A stretch of 64,000 nucleotides of DNA from Myxococcales bacterium (GTDB lineage: Bacteria > Myxococcota_A > UBA9042): NCBI GenBank assembly GCA_947499075.1, contig CANMNA010000001.1, positions 8,615-72,614 on the forward strand, written 5' to 3'. Positions within the stretch are counted from its first letter, which is position 1. Each line of letters begins with the position of its first letter. A program made the translations under genes and the position numbers. Positions 1 to 8,634 of the stretch are shown here, one piece after another. The notes under the pieces were generated by a model. The model was given only the letters and a program-made list of their open reading frames with translations, was not told where the DNA came from and did no database searches.

Positions 1-587
1 CGCCAAGGTAAATTCGCGTCGTCGCCAGCGTACGCCACGCCAACCCGCGGCCCCGTGACCACCTGGGCGTCGCCCACCTCATGGCCTGCGGCGATCCACA
101 CGCTAGCACTTTGTCCCAGCGCCTGCCCCGACAGCACCCCGGTCAGGCCCAGCCCTTGGGCAAGCTTGCCCGGCCCGTCCATCCACCGGCGCTCATCCTG
201 CGGCGCAGGCCGCCCAGGACCATAGCCACGCAGCATCGCCATGGTCTGGGCTCCCAGAATCGGCACTGCGCCACGCAGCAACACGGCCTCGCCTACGTCG
301 CGCGCGCCTGTCACGACGTTGCACGCCCAGTGCATGCCGTAGACGAAGTACACGTAAAGTACCCCGCCTTGGGCAAACATCGGCTCGGTGCGAGCGGTCC
401 GTCGCCCCGCGAAGGCATGGCACGCGCGCTCCTGCTCGTGGTACGCCTCGGTCTCGCTGATCCGTGCGACAAGCACCGTTCCGTCTGAGCGGATGCACAC
501 AAGGTCGCGGCCAAGCAAGTCTCGGGCAACCACGAGCGCAGGCCTGTGGAAAAAATGCGGCCCTAGTGGCGCTCGGTCGACGAACAA
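1..587 (-). CDS. mpg: DNA-3-methyladenine glycosylase (Mpg/AAG family); 3' end runs off the window
   Basis: Manual minus-strand translation gives FFHRPALVVARDLLGRDLVCIRSDG...EAYHEQERACHAFAGRRTARTEPMFAQGGVLYVYFVYGMHWACNVV...PRVGVAYAG, the AAG-family signature. It is absent from the ORF track because there is no stop inside the window. An in-frame TGA at 588-590 forces a TTG start at 585-587. Confidence 0.8.
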   Translation of the reverse strand, partial: MFVDRAPLGPHFFHRPALVVARDLLGRDLVCIRSDGTVLVARISETEAYHEQERACHAFAGRRTARTEPMFAQGGVLYVYFVYGMHWACNVVTGARDVGEAVLLRGAVPILGAQTMAMLRGYGPGRPAPQDERRWMDGPGKLAQGLGLTGVLSGQALGQSASVWIAAGHEVGDAQVVTGPRVGVAYAGDDANLPW

Positions 588-588
588 T

Positions 589-609
589 CAGACGCACCCT
601 TTATTCAAC
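589..609 (-). repeat. Dispersed core repeat copy 1 (variant GTTGAATAAAGGGTGCGTCTG)
   Basis: 18/21 match to the consensus GTTGAACAAAGGGTGCGTCCG. It overlaps the stop codon of the 601-2697 CDS and lies directly upstream of the mpg start. Confidence 0.85.
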
Positions 610-2697
610 ATCTTGATTTGGCAGGACAATCGCGTACACGTAGCTGGCTTTGGGGGCCCTGAGCCAGCGCGACCGGATGGTCTCGCGCAGGTCCGACCAG
701 GCGCCTTTGGCTACCACGAACTCGGCCAGCAACCGGTCGGCCTCAGCCCTGTCGCCCCGGGCCTTGATGCCCGCCACGCGCTTCATCAGGCCAGCAACCG
801 CTATCGGCATCTTGGCCATGTCGACCTCAAAGCAGCCACCGTCCTGCCCGTTGGCTGCCACCGTGCTAGAACGCCAAGTCACCGCGCCCGCAGCCTGAAG
901 TGCTCCCAGTTGAATCGCCGCCAACTGGCTGTACGGTTTAGGCTTGCCTTGCGCATCGGCCATGCCATTGCTGATATGGCCCATCGCCCATGCCAAATCG
1001 CTGATGTGCGACTTGTCGCGCTCCGCGGCGGTCAGCAGGCCCTTGCCGACCAGCCAATCGGCCAACCACATCGCCGCTGTCTGCGCTTTGAGTTCCTCCA
1101 AAGTCGCAGCCAGTGGCCCACCGAAGACTTGCCGGTCCTGCTTGCCCTCAACGGCGTACTCGTGGGCTGGCCCCAAATTGTGGGCCGCCTCGTGCAGCAC
1201 CGTGCTCATGCGCTGCGGCTCTGGATCCGGCGAAAACTGCTTGTACATCTGGGGGCACATCAGCGACGCCGCTTGCTCGGTCCAGATTGTCCGGCTATCC
1301 GGATCGGTGCCAATGTTGACCATGGCCACGGTGCGGCCCCGGCCTTCGCTCGCGACGGGGCCCCAGTTGGGCAAGCTCTGGCCAATTGTGGCGCCAAATG
1401 GGCTGCGGGAGTCTCCGGCGTTGAGCACAACCTCGATGAAGTCTGGCAAGTGGAACGCGACCTTGCGTGCTTTGTACGGCGCGCCGGCCAGCGCCGCCAA
1501 CGCCTGCTCCATGTCGTTCTTGACCGGGTCGAGCAGCTTTTGCCACTTGCGGCTGGCCTGATCGATGCGCGCAAAGGACACATGGAAGCCAGCCTTTTGG
1601 CTGCACGGCTCGTGGTAGGTCTCGTCGGGGCCGATACGCAGGTAGAATCGCGAGTTGTCGACGGTCATCGCCGCCCAAGTCTCATCGGCCTTGGTCCAAC
1701 TGCCGTCGCGAAACGCTTGTGCCGCAGCCCGAAGGTACGCGCGAAAGGCGTTTTCCGCAGGATCAGTCAGCGCTTTGGCTGCCGCATCCAACTCAGTAGC
1801 GACAGCAGCCATGTCCGCTGCCCAGGCGACGTGATAGGGCACAGCGGAGAGTTGACCGGCCGCGCTGCGCTGCACCGTGACGAACGGTGCCATCAACTGC
1901 GCGCCATCGGGCCGAGCCGCCAGCTTGTCGCAGAACTGTTTGTCCGTTTGCAGGTCGAGCGGATACAACCCGCTGGTCCGCGTTGGGTGGTCGGCCAAAG
2001 CGCTGCAATTGACATCATTTTCGGTCTTGGGCGCCTCACACCATGGGCCCTGGTTGCGCTGAAACAGTGCCCGGCTCGCCGTATCCGTCGCGGGAATTCG
2101 CGCGGCCGTGTCCACGACACCGCTTTGGCGCGCATACAGTCGCTCGACCGTCGCTGCGGCATTCAGCACGTGCTGCACCATCTCCACGGTCCCGTCGCGG
2201 CGCGCTGCATCGGCAGTAAAATCAGTGACCACAACCGTTGGCCGACCCTGTGCCAGCTCCGCGAGTACCGCAGCCTTGCGGCGCTGTTCTGGATCCGCTG
2301 GGTCTGCGGACGGCGGTCGCGAGGGCTTGCGGTTGTCGATAATGGCGACCGCAGCTGCGGTGGCCACCGCGTCCATCGGTTTTGCCTGGTCGGCACGCCA
2401 CAGCACCAGCACTTCGCCGCGGCCACCTGTTGCTGTTGCAGCTTCGAAAAGGGGTACATTGAGCACTGCGGCCGCACTGTTCCACACAGCACGGCTCAAG
2501 ACGGGCGGACCCAGGGTCGGCGTCGCCGCGTTGGCCAAACCCGCAGCGTTTGCGACGGCCGTGAGCGCCACGGCTCCAGCCGGCGGTTCCATCGCGGCGG
2601 TCGGTGCAGGCTCCTGGGCTGCGACCGGCGCGGGCGGGGCAGGTCGGCTGCATCCTGTGAGCAACAAACAGAGAATCAAGCAGTCGCGCAGTGTCAT
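601..2697 (-). CDS. Secreted zinc-metalloprotease-like lipoprotein (HExxH)
   Basis: The track ORF is 601..2928. I chose the internal ATG at 2697 because it gives MTLRDCLILCLLLTGC, a signal peptide plus lipobox. An HEAAHNLGPAHEY metal-binding-type motif is present. Confidence 0.7.
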   Translation of the reverse strand: MTLRDCLILCLLLTGCSRPAPPAPVAAQEPAPTAAMEPPAGAVALTAVANAAGLANAATPTLGPPVLSRAVWNSAAAVLNVPLFEAATATGGRGEVLVLWRADQAKPMDAVATAAAVAIIDNRKPSRPPSADPADPEQRRKAAVLAELAQGRPTVVVTDFTADAARRDGTVEMVQHVLNAAATVERLYARQSGVVDTAARIPATDTASRALFQRNQGPWCEAPKTENDVNCSALADHPTRTSGLYPLDLQTDKQFCDKLAARPDGAQLMAPFVTVQRSAAGQLSAVPYHVAWAADMAAVATELDAAAKALTDPAENAFRAYLRAAAQAFRDGSWTKADETWAAMTVDNSRFYLRIGPDETYHEPCSQKAGFHVSFARIDQASRKWQKLLDPVKNDMEQALAALAGAPYKARKVAFHLPDFIEVVLNAGDSRSPFGATIGQSLPNWGPVASEGRGRTVAMVNIGTDPDSRTIWTEQAASLMCPQMYKQFSPDPEPQRMSTVLHEAAHNLGPAHEYAVEGKQDRQVFGGPLAATLEELKAQTAAMWLADWLVGKGLLTAAERDKSHISDLAWAMGHISNGMADAQGKPKPYSQLAAIQLGALQAAGAVTWRSSTVAANGQDGGCFEVDMAKMPIAVAGLMKRVAGIKARGDRAEADRLLAEFVVAKGAWSDLRETIRSRWLRAPKASYVYAIVLPNQDVE

Positions 2698-2807
2698 GGT
2701 CGGGTCCAGCAGGCCAGCAGGCCGCTGCGGCAGGCTACGCCGGGGCAGCCGCAACGGGCAAGTCCCCAGCGGTGGATTGCCGTGCCCGATGGCGAGAACC
2801 TCAAATT

Positions 2808-3050
2808 CTAAGAGGGCGTATTCGAAAAGGTGACCTGCGCGGGGCTCGCGAAGACCGAAGACCTTCACATTTTCACCGTCAGAATAAATTCTGCGGCGAC
2901 AGGTAACGGTGTCGGCCGACGCCGACACCCGGCCGGGCGCCCGCGCAGGCGGGAGCCGTCACCTGTAGCCGCGCAATTCATTGCGACAGCGTCCCAAGCC
3001 GTCATCAACGCTGCGGTTTTCAGTTGACACAATTGAATACACCCCCTAAG
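2808..3050. repeat. Structured dispersed repeat (MITE-like), copy 1, 243 bp including flanking CTAAG
   Basis: About 93% identical to 26325-26552. It has imperfect terminal inverted repeats (AGGGCGTATTCGAA / reverse complement GGGGTGTATTCAAT), CTAAG at both boundaries, and several internal hairpins. Confidence 0.75.
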
Positions 3051-4590
3051 GCGTGCAGGTCTTGCCATCGCCGGAGAAGCCGGGGCTGCACACGCACACC
3101 GCGGCGGCGCCTAGACCTTGGCAGCTCGCGTCTGCGGCACAGCCCTTGCCGGGCTTGCACGTGTAGTTGCCGCAGGTATCGCCGCTGGTGCATCCATTGG
3201 CGTCGTCGCATCCAGCGGTATTGGCCGCGACTTTGCAGCCGAACTGGGCGCTGCAGGTGTCGGTCGTGCACGGGTTGCCATCGTCGCAGACCGCGGTGCC
3301 GATGGGCGTACACACCGTTTTGATGCACGCCTCGCCGACCGAGCAAGCGTCGCCGTCGTTGCACGGCAGTGTGTTGGGCACGTGTAGACAGCCCTTGACC
3401 TTGTCGCAGCTGTCGTCCGTGCACGCGTTGGCGTCTTCACAGTCGAGCTTGCCGGGCGCCTGACACTGGCTCAGTTTGCAGTGGTCCAATGTCGTGCAAG
3501 CGTCGCCGTCGCTGCAGTCGGCGTCGTTGGGCGTCGCCCAGCAACCGGCGGCGGCGAAGCAACTGTCGTCGGTGCACACGTTGCCGTCGTCGCACACAAC
3601 GACGGGGCCTGCGATGCACGCGGCTTTGGCGCAGGCATCGCCCGCAGTGCACTTGCTGCCGTCTTCACAAGCGGTGGCGTTGGGCTTGAACTGGCATCCG
3701 GCACTTGGATCGCAGCTGTCATCGGTACAGGCGTTGTTGTCGCCGCACACTGTTGATCCGCTGGACACGCACGCGCCGGCTTGGCATGCGTCGCCTGCTG
3801 TGCACGCATCGCCATCACTGCACGCGCCGGCCTTGGCAGGGTTGGCACACCCCAGAGCCTTGCTGCAATTGTCGAGCGTGCAACTGTTGCCGTCGTTGCA
3901 GTTGATCGCCGCGCCAGACTTGCACTTGCCGGCCGTGCACTGGTCGCCCGCCGTGCACGCGCTGCCGTCGCTGCAAGTGGCGTCGTCGGGGAGCGCGATG
4001 CCGGCGCACGGGCCAGTGTTGACCGCGCAATCGCCCATTGTGCAGGCATTGTTGTCATCACAGGCCACGCAGGGTTGCGCGACGTCTGTGTCGACATCCG
4101 CATCGGCGCCTATCGCCACTTCACCATCGAAGACTGCAAGGCTGTCGCTTGGCGCGGTCGCGTCGGTTGCGTTCGCAGTCTCTTTCTTGCCATCCGCAGT
4201 TGCAGCGGCGTCCGCGTCAGCCGCGGTGTCACCGCCCGTGGCTGGCTCAGCAACGGACGCGCCGCCCGCGTCGAGGTCCGCCGAGTCAGTTGCTCCAGCG
4301 GCATCGGCTGGCACGCCGGTGGCGTCGGTGGCGGTCGCGACATCGTCTACATCACTGCCAATGGTTCCATCACTGGCTGTGCTCAAAGTGTCGCTCGCAT
4401 TGCTGCGTGCGGTTTCTGCCTGCGCGTCCGAATTGACTAGGCCAACGTCTGGATCAGGCACACAGCGGTCCCCTGCCACGATCAGCGGACTCGGACACCC
4501 AAATTGCAAGTCAGCCTCTGTCACGTCGCCGCACGCGCTCGCCCATGCAAGTGCCAGTGCGGCCGCCGATTTTCGCAGTGATGACGTCAC
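3046..4590 (-). CDS. Cys-rich-repeat secreted lipoprotein (CxDxNxCTxDxC modules, EGF-like C-terminus)
   Basis: GTG start. The signal peptide and lipobox read ALALAWASAC. An Asp/Ala/Thr-rich linker is followed by about 8 repeats of the C.DG..C..G..C......C.D.N.CT.D.C....GC type. The 4-nt GTGA overlap with the upstream gene suggests translational coupling. Confidence 0.8.
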   Translation of the reverse strand: MTSSLRKSAAALALAWASACGDVTEADLQFGCPSPLIVAGDRCVPDPDVGLVNSDAQAETARSNASDTLSTASDGTIGSDVDDVATATDATGVPADAAGATDSADLDAGGASVAEPATGGDTAADADAAATADGKKETANATDATAPSDSLAVFDGEVAIGADADVDTDVAQPCVACDDNNACTMGDCAVNTGPCAGIALPDDATCSDGSACTAGDQCTAGKCKSGAAINCNDGNSCTLDNCSKALGCANPAKAGACSDGDACTAGDACQAGACVSSGSTVCGDNNACTDDSCDPSAGCQFKPNATACEDGSKCTAGDACAKAACIAGPVVVCDDGNVCTDDSCFAAAGCWATPNDADCSDGDACTTLDHCKLSQCQAPGKLDCEDANACTDDSCDKVKGCLHVPNTLPCNDGDACSVGEACIKTVCTPIGTAVCDDGNPCTTDTCSAQFGCKVAANTAGCDDANGCTSGDTCGNYTCKPGKGCAADASCQGLGAAAVCVCSPGFSGDGKTCTP

Positions 4591-5507
4591 GGTGACTCCT
4601 GCGGCCGCTCAGACGGCGTCTCGTCGGTGAGCACAGCCGCGCCTGTCACCACGCCGACTCCCGCCAAAATGCCAGTCATGATCACGCCGGTCCACCAGTG
4701 GCCAATCGCATTGGTCTCGCTCACCGCACGCGGTTTGGTGATGCGCGTGAGGTCAAACACGTCGGTATCGCCCAAGCGCTGCGTGTCGAGTCGCTGCTGC
4801 AGCGTAGTGACGTGTGCGCCCAGCGCGACAGCGGCGATCGTGGCCACACCGGCAATCACCAACGCGGAGATGCCCAGTGTCTTGGACGGCGCCTGGGGCG
4901 GCGCGCTCAGTGGCGGCACCGCAAGCGGCGGCGCTGGCGTGATGACCAGCTTGGGCCGCGGTACATCGACGACGACCGACTTGGCCAGCGTCGGCGGCGC
5001 AGTGGGCGCGGGCGCGGCAGGCGGCGCCACCGCGGCCGGCACCGGTTTGACGGGCACCGGCTTGGTCACAGCAGCAGGCGGCGGCCGGACAATCGGCGGC
5101 GGCGGCTTGGGCGGATCGACCGGGCGCACGCCGGTGACCGTCTGGAGTTGCCCCAACTCCAGACGCGCCTGATTCTTCAGCCATAACGGAAGCCTGCGCA
5201 TCTTGATCAAGCGTTCCAAGCTCGAAATCGCCAGTTTGGGCTGGCCTGCAAGCCACTCAGCGCGGGCCGCACGATACAGGTACAAGGGCAAGGGCTTGAG
5301 CAGGTGCGCATCGTGAAAGCGCGCGGCGGCGTCAGAGAAGCGCCCTTGGCGATCGAGACGGTCGGCCTCTGCGGCAACCGCGTCAGCAGCCTTTGGCGCG
5401 ATCTGCACGCGCGGTGGAGCGACCATGGCTGGCACAGGCAACAGCGCAAGCTGCAGCGCCGCCGCAGCACGAATGACAATGGCAGCGATGGCGGTTGGCG
5501 TGGACAT
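4587..5507 (-). CDS. Proline-rich membrane-anchored protein
   Basis: The track ORF is 4587..5732; I chose the start at MSTPTAIAAIVIRAAAAL (ATG at 5505-5507). It has a long PxxP/PPPP region and a C-terminal hydrophobic helix, GISALVIAGVATIAAVALG. The function is unknown. Confidence 0.55.
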   Translation of the reverse strand: MSTPTAIAAIVIRAAAALQLALLPVPAMVAPPRVQIAPKAADAVAAEADRLDRQGRFSDAAARFHDAHLLKPLPLYLYRAARAEWLAGQPKLAISSLERLIKMRRLPLWLKNQARLELGQLQTVTGVRPVDPPKPPPPIVRPPPAAVTKPVPVKPVPAAVAPPAAPAPTAPPTLAKSVVVDVPRPKLVITPAPPLAVPPLSAPPQAPSKTLGISALVIAGVATIAAVALGAHVTTLQQRLDTQRLGDTDVFDLTRITKPRAVSETNAIGHWWTGVIMTGILAGVGVVTGAAVLTDETPSERPQESP

Positions 5508-5724
5508 GGGACAAAGCAGCTTGTGCGAGGACCTGTTGCAAAACGCCAAAGTTGTGCCCGCAGCGGCACAGTACCCCCTGACGGGTTGTGCGGTCAACTC
5601 AATCGCACTGCATCGACGGTTGCGTCGACCCCGTTGCCAACACGTGCTACGCTGGAAGGGCGACGTCGCAAGCGCCGCATGATTCGCGCAGCTTTGCCCA
5701 AACCAAAACGCGCCAAGGAACAAA

Positions 5725-6862
5725 ATGGCCACTTACGCCGACGTACGGTCCTGTGCAGCCCAACTCGCCACGCGAGTTGACGCGCTGCGCAGGTCGCTTT
5801 GACACAGACGCCAAAATCGAGCGGTTGGCCGAGCTTGAGCACCTCAGCGCCGACCCCAGTTTCTGGCTAGACGGCGAGCGCGCCCAGCGCCTGATGAAGG
5901 AACGTACCGAGTTCGCCACCGCTATTGACACCGTGCAGACGCCACAACGCACTATCGACGAGGTGCGCGAGATGGTTGACATGGCTGAGGCTGAAGGTGA
6001 TTCGTCCTTGCTCGACGAGTTGCAGGCCCAACTTGCCGATGTTGCCCGCAGCTTGGACGAAGCGGAGTTCGCCCGAACCATGGGCCAGCCCACGGATCGG
6101 TCGCCGGCCATCGTTCAGGTCAACGCCGGGGCAGGTGGCACCGAGAGCGCCGACTGGGCACTGATGCTAGTGCGCATGTACGAGCGGTGGGCCAGCAGTC
6201 GCGGCATGACCGTGGAGCTGATTGACGAAGTCGTCGGCGAAGAAGCAGGAATTCGCAATGCAGTGCTGCGCATCGAAGGGCCGTTTGCCTTTGGATGGCT
6301 TAAGGCCGAAAACGGCGTGCACCGGCTGGTCCGGATCAGCCCCTTTGACGCCGCCAAGCGCCGCCACACCAGTTTCTGCAGTGTGTTCGTGGTGCCCGAA
6401 GAAGACGACTCCATTCCGATTGACATCAACGAGTCAGACTTGCGGATCGACACTTACCGGGCCAGCGGCTCGGGTGGGCAGCACGTCAACAAGACGGACT
6501 CGGCGATCCGGATCACCCACATGCCGACGGGCGTTGTGGTCTCGTGTCAGGCCGAGCGCAGCCAGTACAAGAACAAAAGTGTGGCGATGAAAATGCTGCA
6601 TGCCCGCTTGGTGGACTTGGAAAAGCGTAGGCGGGCGGCCGTCAAGGACGACATCGAAGCGGGCAAGATGGGCATCAACTTTGGCAGCCAGATTCGCTCC
6701 TATGTGCTTCAGCCCTACCAGATGGTCAAGGACCACCGTACCGGGTTTCAGACTAGTGACACCAACGGTGTGCTCCATGGCGCGCTTGACGGCCTGATGA
6801 CGGCGTACTTGCTTGCGGCGGCAAGTGGCGAACCGCTCAAGGTCCATGCGCTGGATGATTAG
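5725..6862 (+). CDS. prfB: Peptide chain release factor 2, with programmed +1 frameshift: join(5725..5799,5801..6862)
   Basis: Frame 0 reads MATYADVRSCAAQLATRVDALRRSL then TGA at 5800-5802. The +1 frame continues DTDAKIERLAELE...SGGQHVNKTDSAIRITH, which includes the SPF/GGQ-family RF2 body. The CTT TGA C shift site is present. Confidence 0.92.
5791..5803 (+). promoter_or_regulatory. RF2 autoregulatory +1 frameshift site (AGG TCG CTT TGA C)
   Basis: CTTTGAC at 5797-5803, with an upstream AGG as a weak internal SD-like element. Confidence 0.85.
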
Positions 6863-6886
6863 AATTGTCCTATTCAAAATCAATGA

Positions 6887-6907
6887 GTTGAACAAAGGGT
6901 GCGTCCG
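6887..6907 (+). repeat. Dispersed core repeat copy 2 (consensus GTTGAACAAAGGGTGCGTCCG)
   Basis: An exact core. The AT-rich left arm AATTGTCCTATTCAAAATCAATGA begins at the prfB stop codon. Confidence 0.9.
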
Positions 6908-6982
6908 AATTCTGTGGCTCCTTGACACCAGCCGAGAATCTTGCGACACCGCGGCGGCGGCCAGCGCCGCAGGAACGTATCG

Positions 6983-8107
6983 ATGACTGCTGAGACCGCG
7001 TTGCGGCGAACGCCGCTCTTCGACGCCCATGTCAGACTTGGCGGCCAGATGGTCGAGTTTGCCGGCTGGCACATGCCCGTGCAGTACCAAGGCCGCGGAC
7101 TTGTGGCAGAACATGAAGCGACGCGCACCGCTGTCGGCCTCTTCGACGTGAGCCACATGGGCGAAATCCTGATTGAAGGGCCTGGTGCTGCCGTCGAGGT
7201 CAACCGACTCGTGAGCAACGACACCAGCAAGTTGGCCGAGGGCGACGCTTGTTACGCGCTGCTCTGCCACGACGACGGCGGCACTGTCGACGACTTGTAC
7301 GTGTACAGGCTGGGCGCCGAGCGGTTCTTGGTGGTCGTCAACGCCAGCAACGCTGACAAAGACTTTGCGTACATGCAGAAAATGGCGCGCAAGCCAAGCC
7401 TGGTCCACAACCGATCCGATGACTTCGCTCAGATTGCGGTTCAGGGGCCCCATGCGACCAAGCTGTTGCAGCGGGTGGCACCGGGTGAGGCTATCGGGTT
7501 GCCGCGCAACAAGATTCGGGTCCACACCTTCGCGGGTCGCGATGTGTTGGTCGCGACCACAGGGTACACAGGCGAAGCTGGCTTTGAGTTGTACTGTGCC
7601 CCCCAGAGCGCAGAGGCGCTGTGGTTTGCCCTGCTTGATGCGGGTCAAGACCTGGGGGTCAGCCCGGTTGGCTTGGGCGCTCGCGACACGCTGCGCCTGG
7701 AGATGGGCTACCCGCTGTATGGCCACGAGTTGGACGACCAGACCAGCGGCTACGAAGCCCGGGTCGGTTGGGCCATCAAGCCCAAGAAAGAGGGTGGCTT
7801 CGTGGGTGGCGAGGCGCTTGTCCGTCAACAGTCCGATGGCCTGATGCGCAAGCTGGTGGGACTAGAACTGGTTGACCGAGGCGTGGCGCGGGCCGACTAC
7901 GCGGTGCTGCACGAAGGCAAGCTTGTCGGCTCGGTAACCAGTGGCACGCATTCGCCCACAGCCAAAAAGCCGATTGCTTTGGCGTGGGTGCCTACGGGTC
8001 TGGCCGTCAACGGCACCGAAGTTCACGTCGACGTGCGTGGCCAGCCCAAGCGCGCGGTGGTCGTGCCCTTTCCCTTTGTGACCCCCGGATCACTGTTTCC
8101 TGTTTAA
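6983..8107 (+). CDS. gcvT: Glycine cleavage system aminomethyltransferase T
   Basis: MTAETALRRTPLFDAHVRLGGQMVEFAGWHMPVQY is the typical GcvT N-terminus. AGGAA lies 7 nt upstream of the ATG at 6983. Confidence 0.9.
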   Translation: MTAETALRRTPLFDAHVRLGGQMVEFAGWHMPVQYQGRGLVAEHEATRTAVGLFDVSHMGEILIEGPGAAVEVNRLVSNDTSKLAEGDACYALLCHDDGGTVDDLYVYRLGAERFLVVVNASNADKDFAYMQKMARKPSLVHNRSDDFAQIAVQGPHATKLLQRVAPGEAIGLPRNKIRVHTFAGRDVLVATTGYTGEAGFELYCAPQSAEALWFALLDAGQDLGVSPVGLGARDTLRLEMGYPLYGHELDDQTSGYEARVGWAIKPKKEGGFVGGEALVRQQSDGLMRKLVGLELVDRGVARADYAVLHEGKLVGSVTSGTHSPTAKKPIALAWVPTGLAVNGTEVHVDVRGQPKRAVVVPFPFVTPGSLFPV

Positions 8108-8136
8108 CCTCATGATGCTGAATAATCGAGGCGACC

Positions 8137-8526
8137 ATGGCGATTCCTGCTGAGCTGCGCTACACCACGGACCATGAGTGGGCCAGAGATGAAGGAGACG
8201 GCACCTATTCTGTCGGCGTGACCGATTTTGCCCAGGAGAATCTGGGTGGTGTCGTCTACGTCGAGCTGTCTGCCGAGGGCACTGGGCTGGCCGCCGGCGG
8301 CCGGTTCGGTACCGTCGAATCGACCAAGTCCGTGAGCGAAATGTACGCGCCCATTTCCGGCGAAGTCGTCGCCAAGAATGCCGCGCTGGATGGCGAGCCA
8401 GAGCTGGTGAACAGCGATCCGTATGGTGCCGGCTGGATGGTCAAGATTCGCGCCACTGCAAGTGGTGAGTTCGCAGCGCTGATGGACGCCGCGGCCTACG
8501 AGGCCCACGTGGCGGCAGGTCACTGA
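8137..8526 (+). CDS. gcvH: Glycine cleavage system H protein
   Basis: YTTDHEWAR...GTVESTKSVSEMYAPISGEV contains the lipoyl-lysine motif ESxK. Confidence 0.95.
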   Translation: MAIPAELRYTTDHEWARDEGDGTYSVGVTDFAQENLGGVVYVELSAEGTGLAAGGRFGTVESTKSVSEMYAPISGEVVAKNAALDGEPELVNSDPYGAGWMVKIRATASGEFAALMDAAAYEAHVAAGH

Positions 8527-8634
8527 TTTTGTAGGTTCCACGCCGTTGCCGGCCTCTGCGTAGCTGCCCGCGGCCCCGATTTGTCGTTACGCGCAACTCA
8601 GGGTACGCTTGCTGCCCCGCTTGGAGCACGCGCC

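Noticed and set aside
388-2811. An 807-aa plus-strand ORF. Similar very long ORFs include 6434-7828(-), 22817-24502(-), 25081-26211(-), 41111-42298(-), 49550-50536(-), 60792-61877(-) and 61844-63397(-).
   Set aside because: Each lies antisense or out of frame to a gene with clear family motifs. They are Arg/Ala/Gly/Pro-rich and low in complexity, and they lack signal or motif content. These are typical shadow ORFs of GC-rich DNA.
2865-3068. Minus-strand ORFs conserved in both copies of the 230-bp repeat (2865-3068 and 26367-26666), sharing ...LCQLKTAAL.TAWDAVAMNCA.TGDG.RLRGRPAGCRRRPTPLPVAAEFILTVKM.
   Set aside because: The conservation simply reflects 93% nucleotide identity. The peptide is Arg/Pro-rich with no start context or RBS, and the ORF extends by different amounts into unrelated flanks in the two copies.
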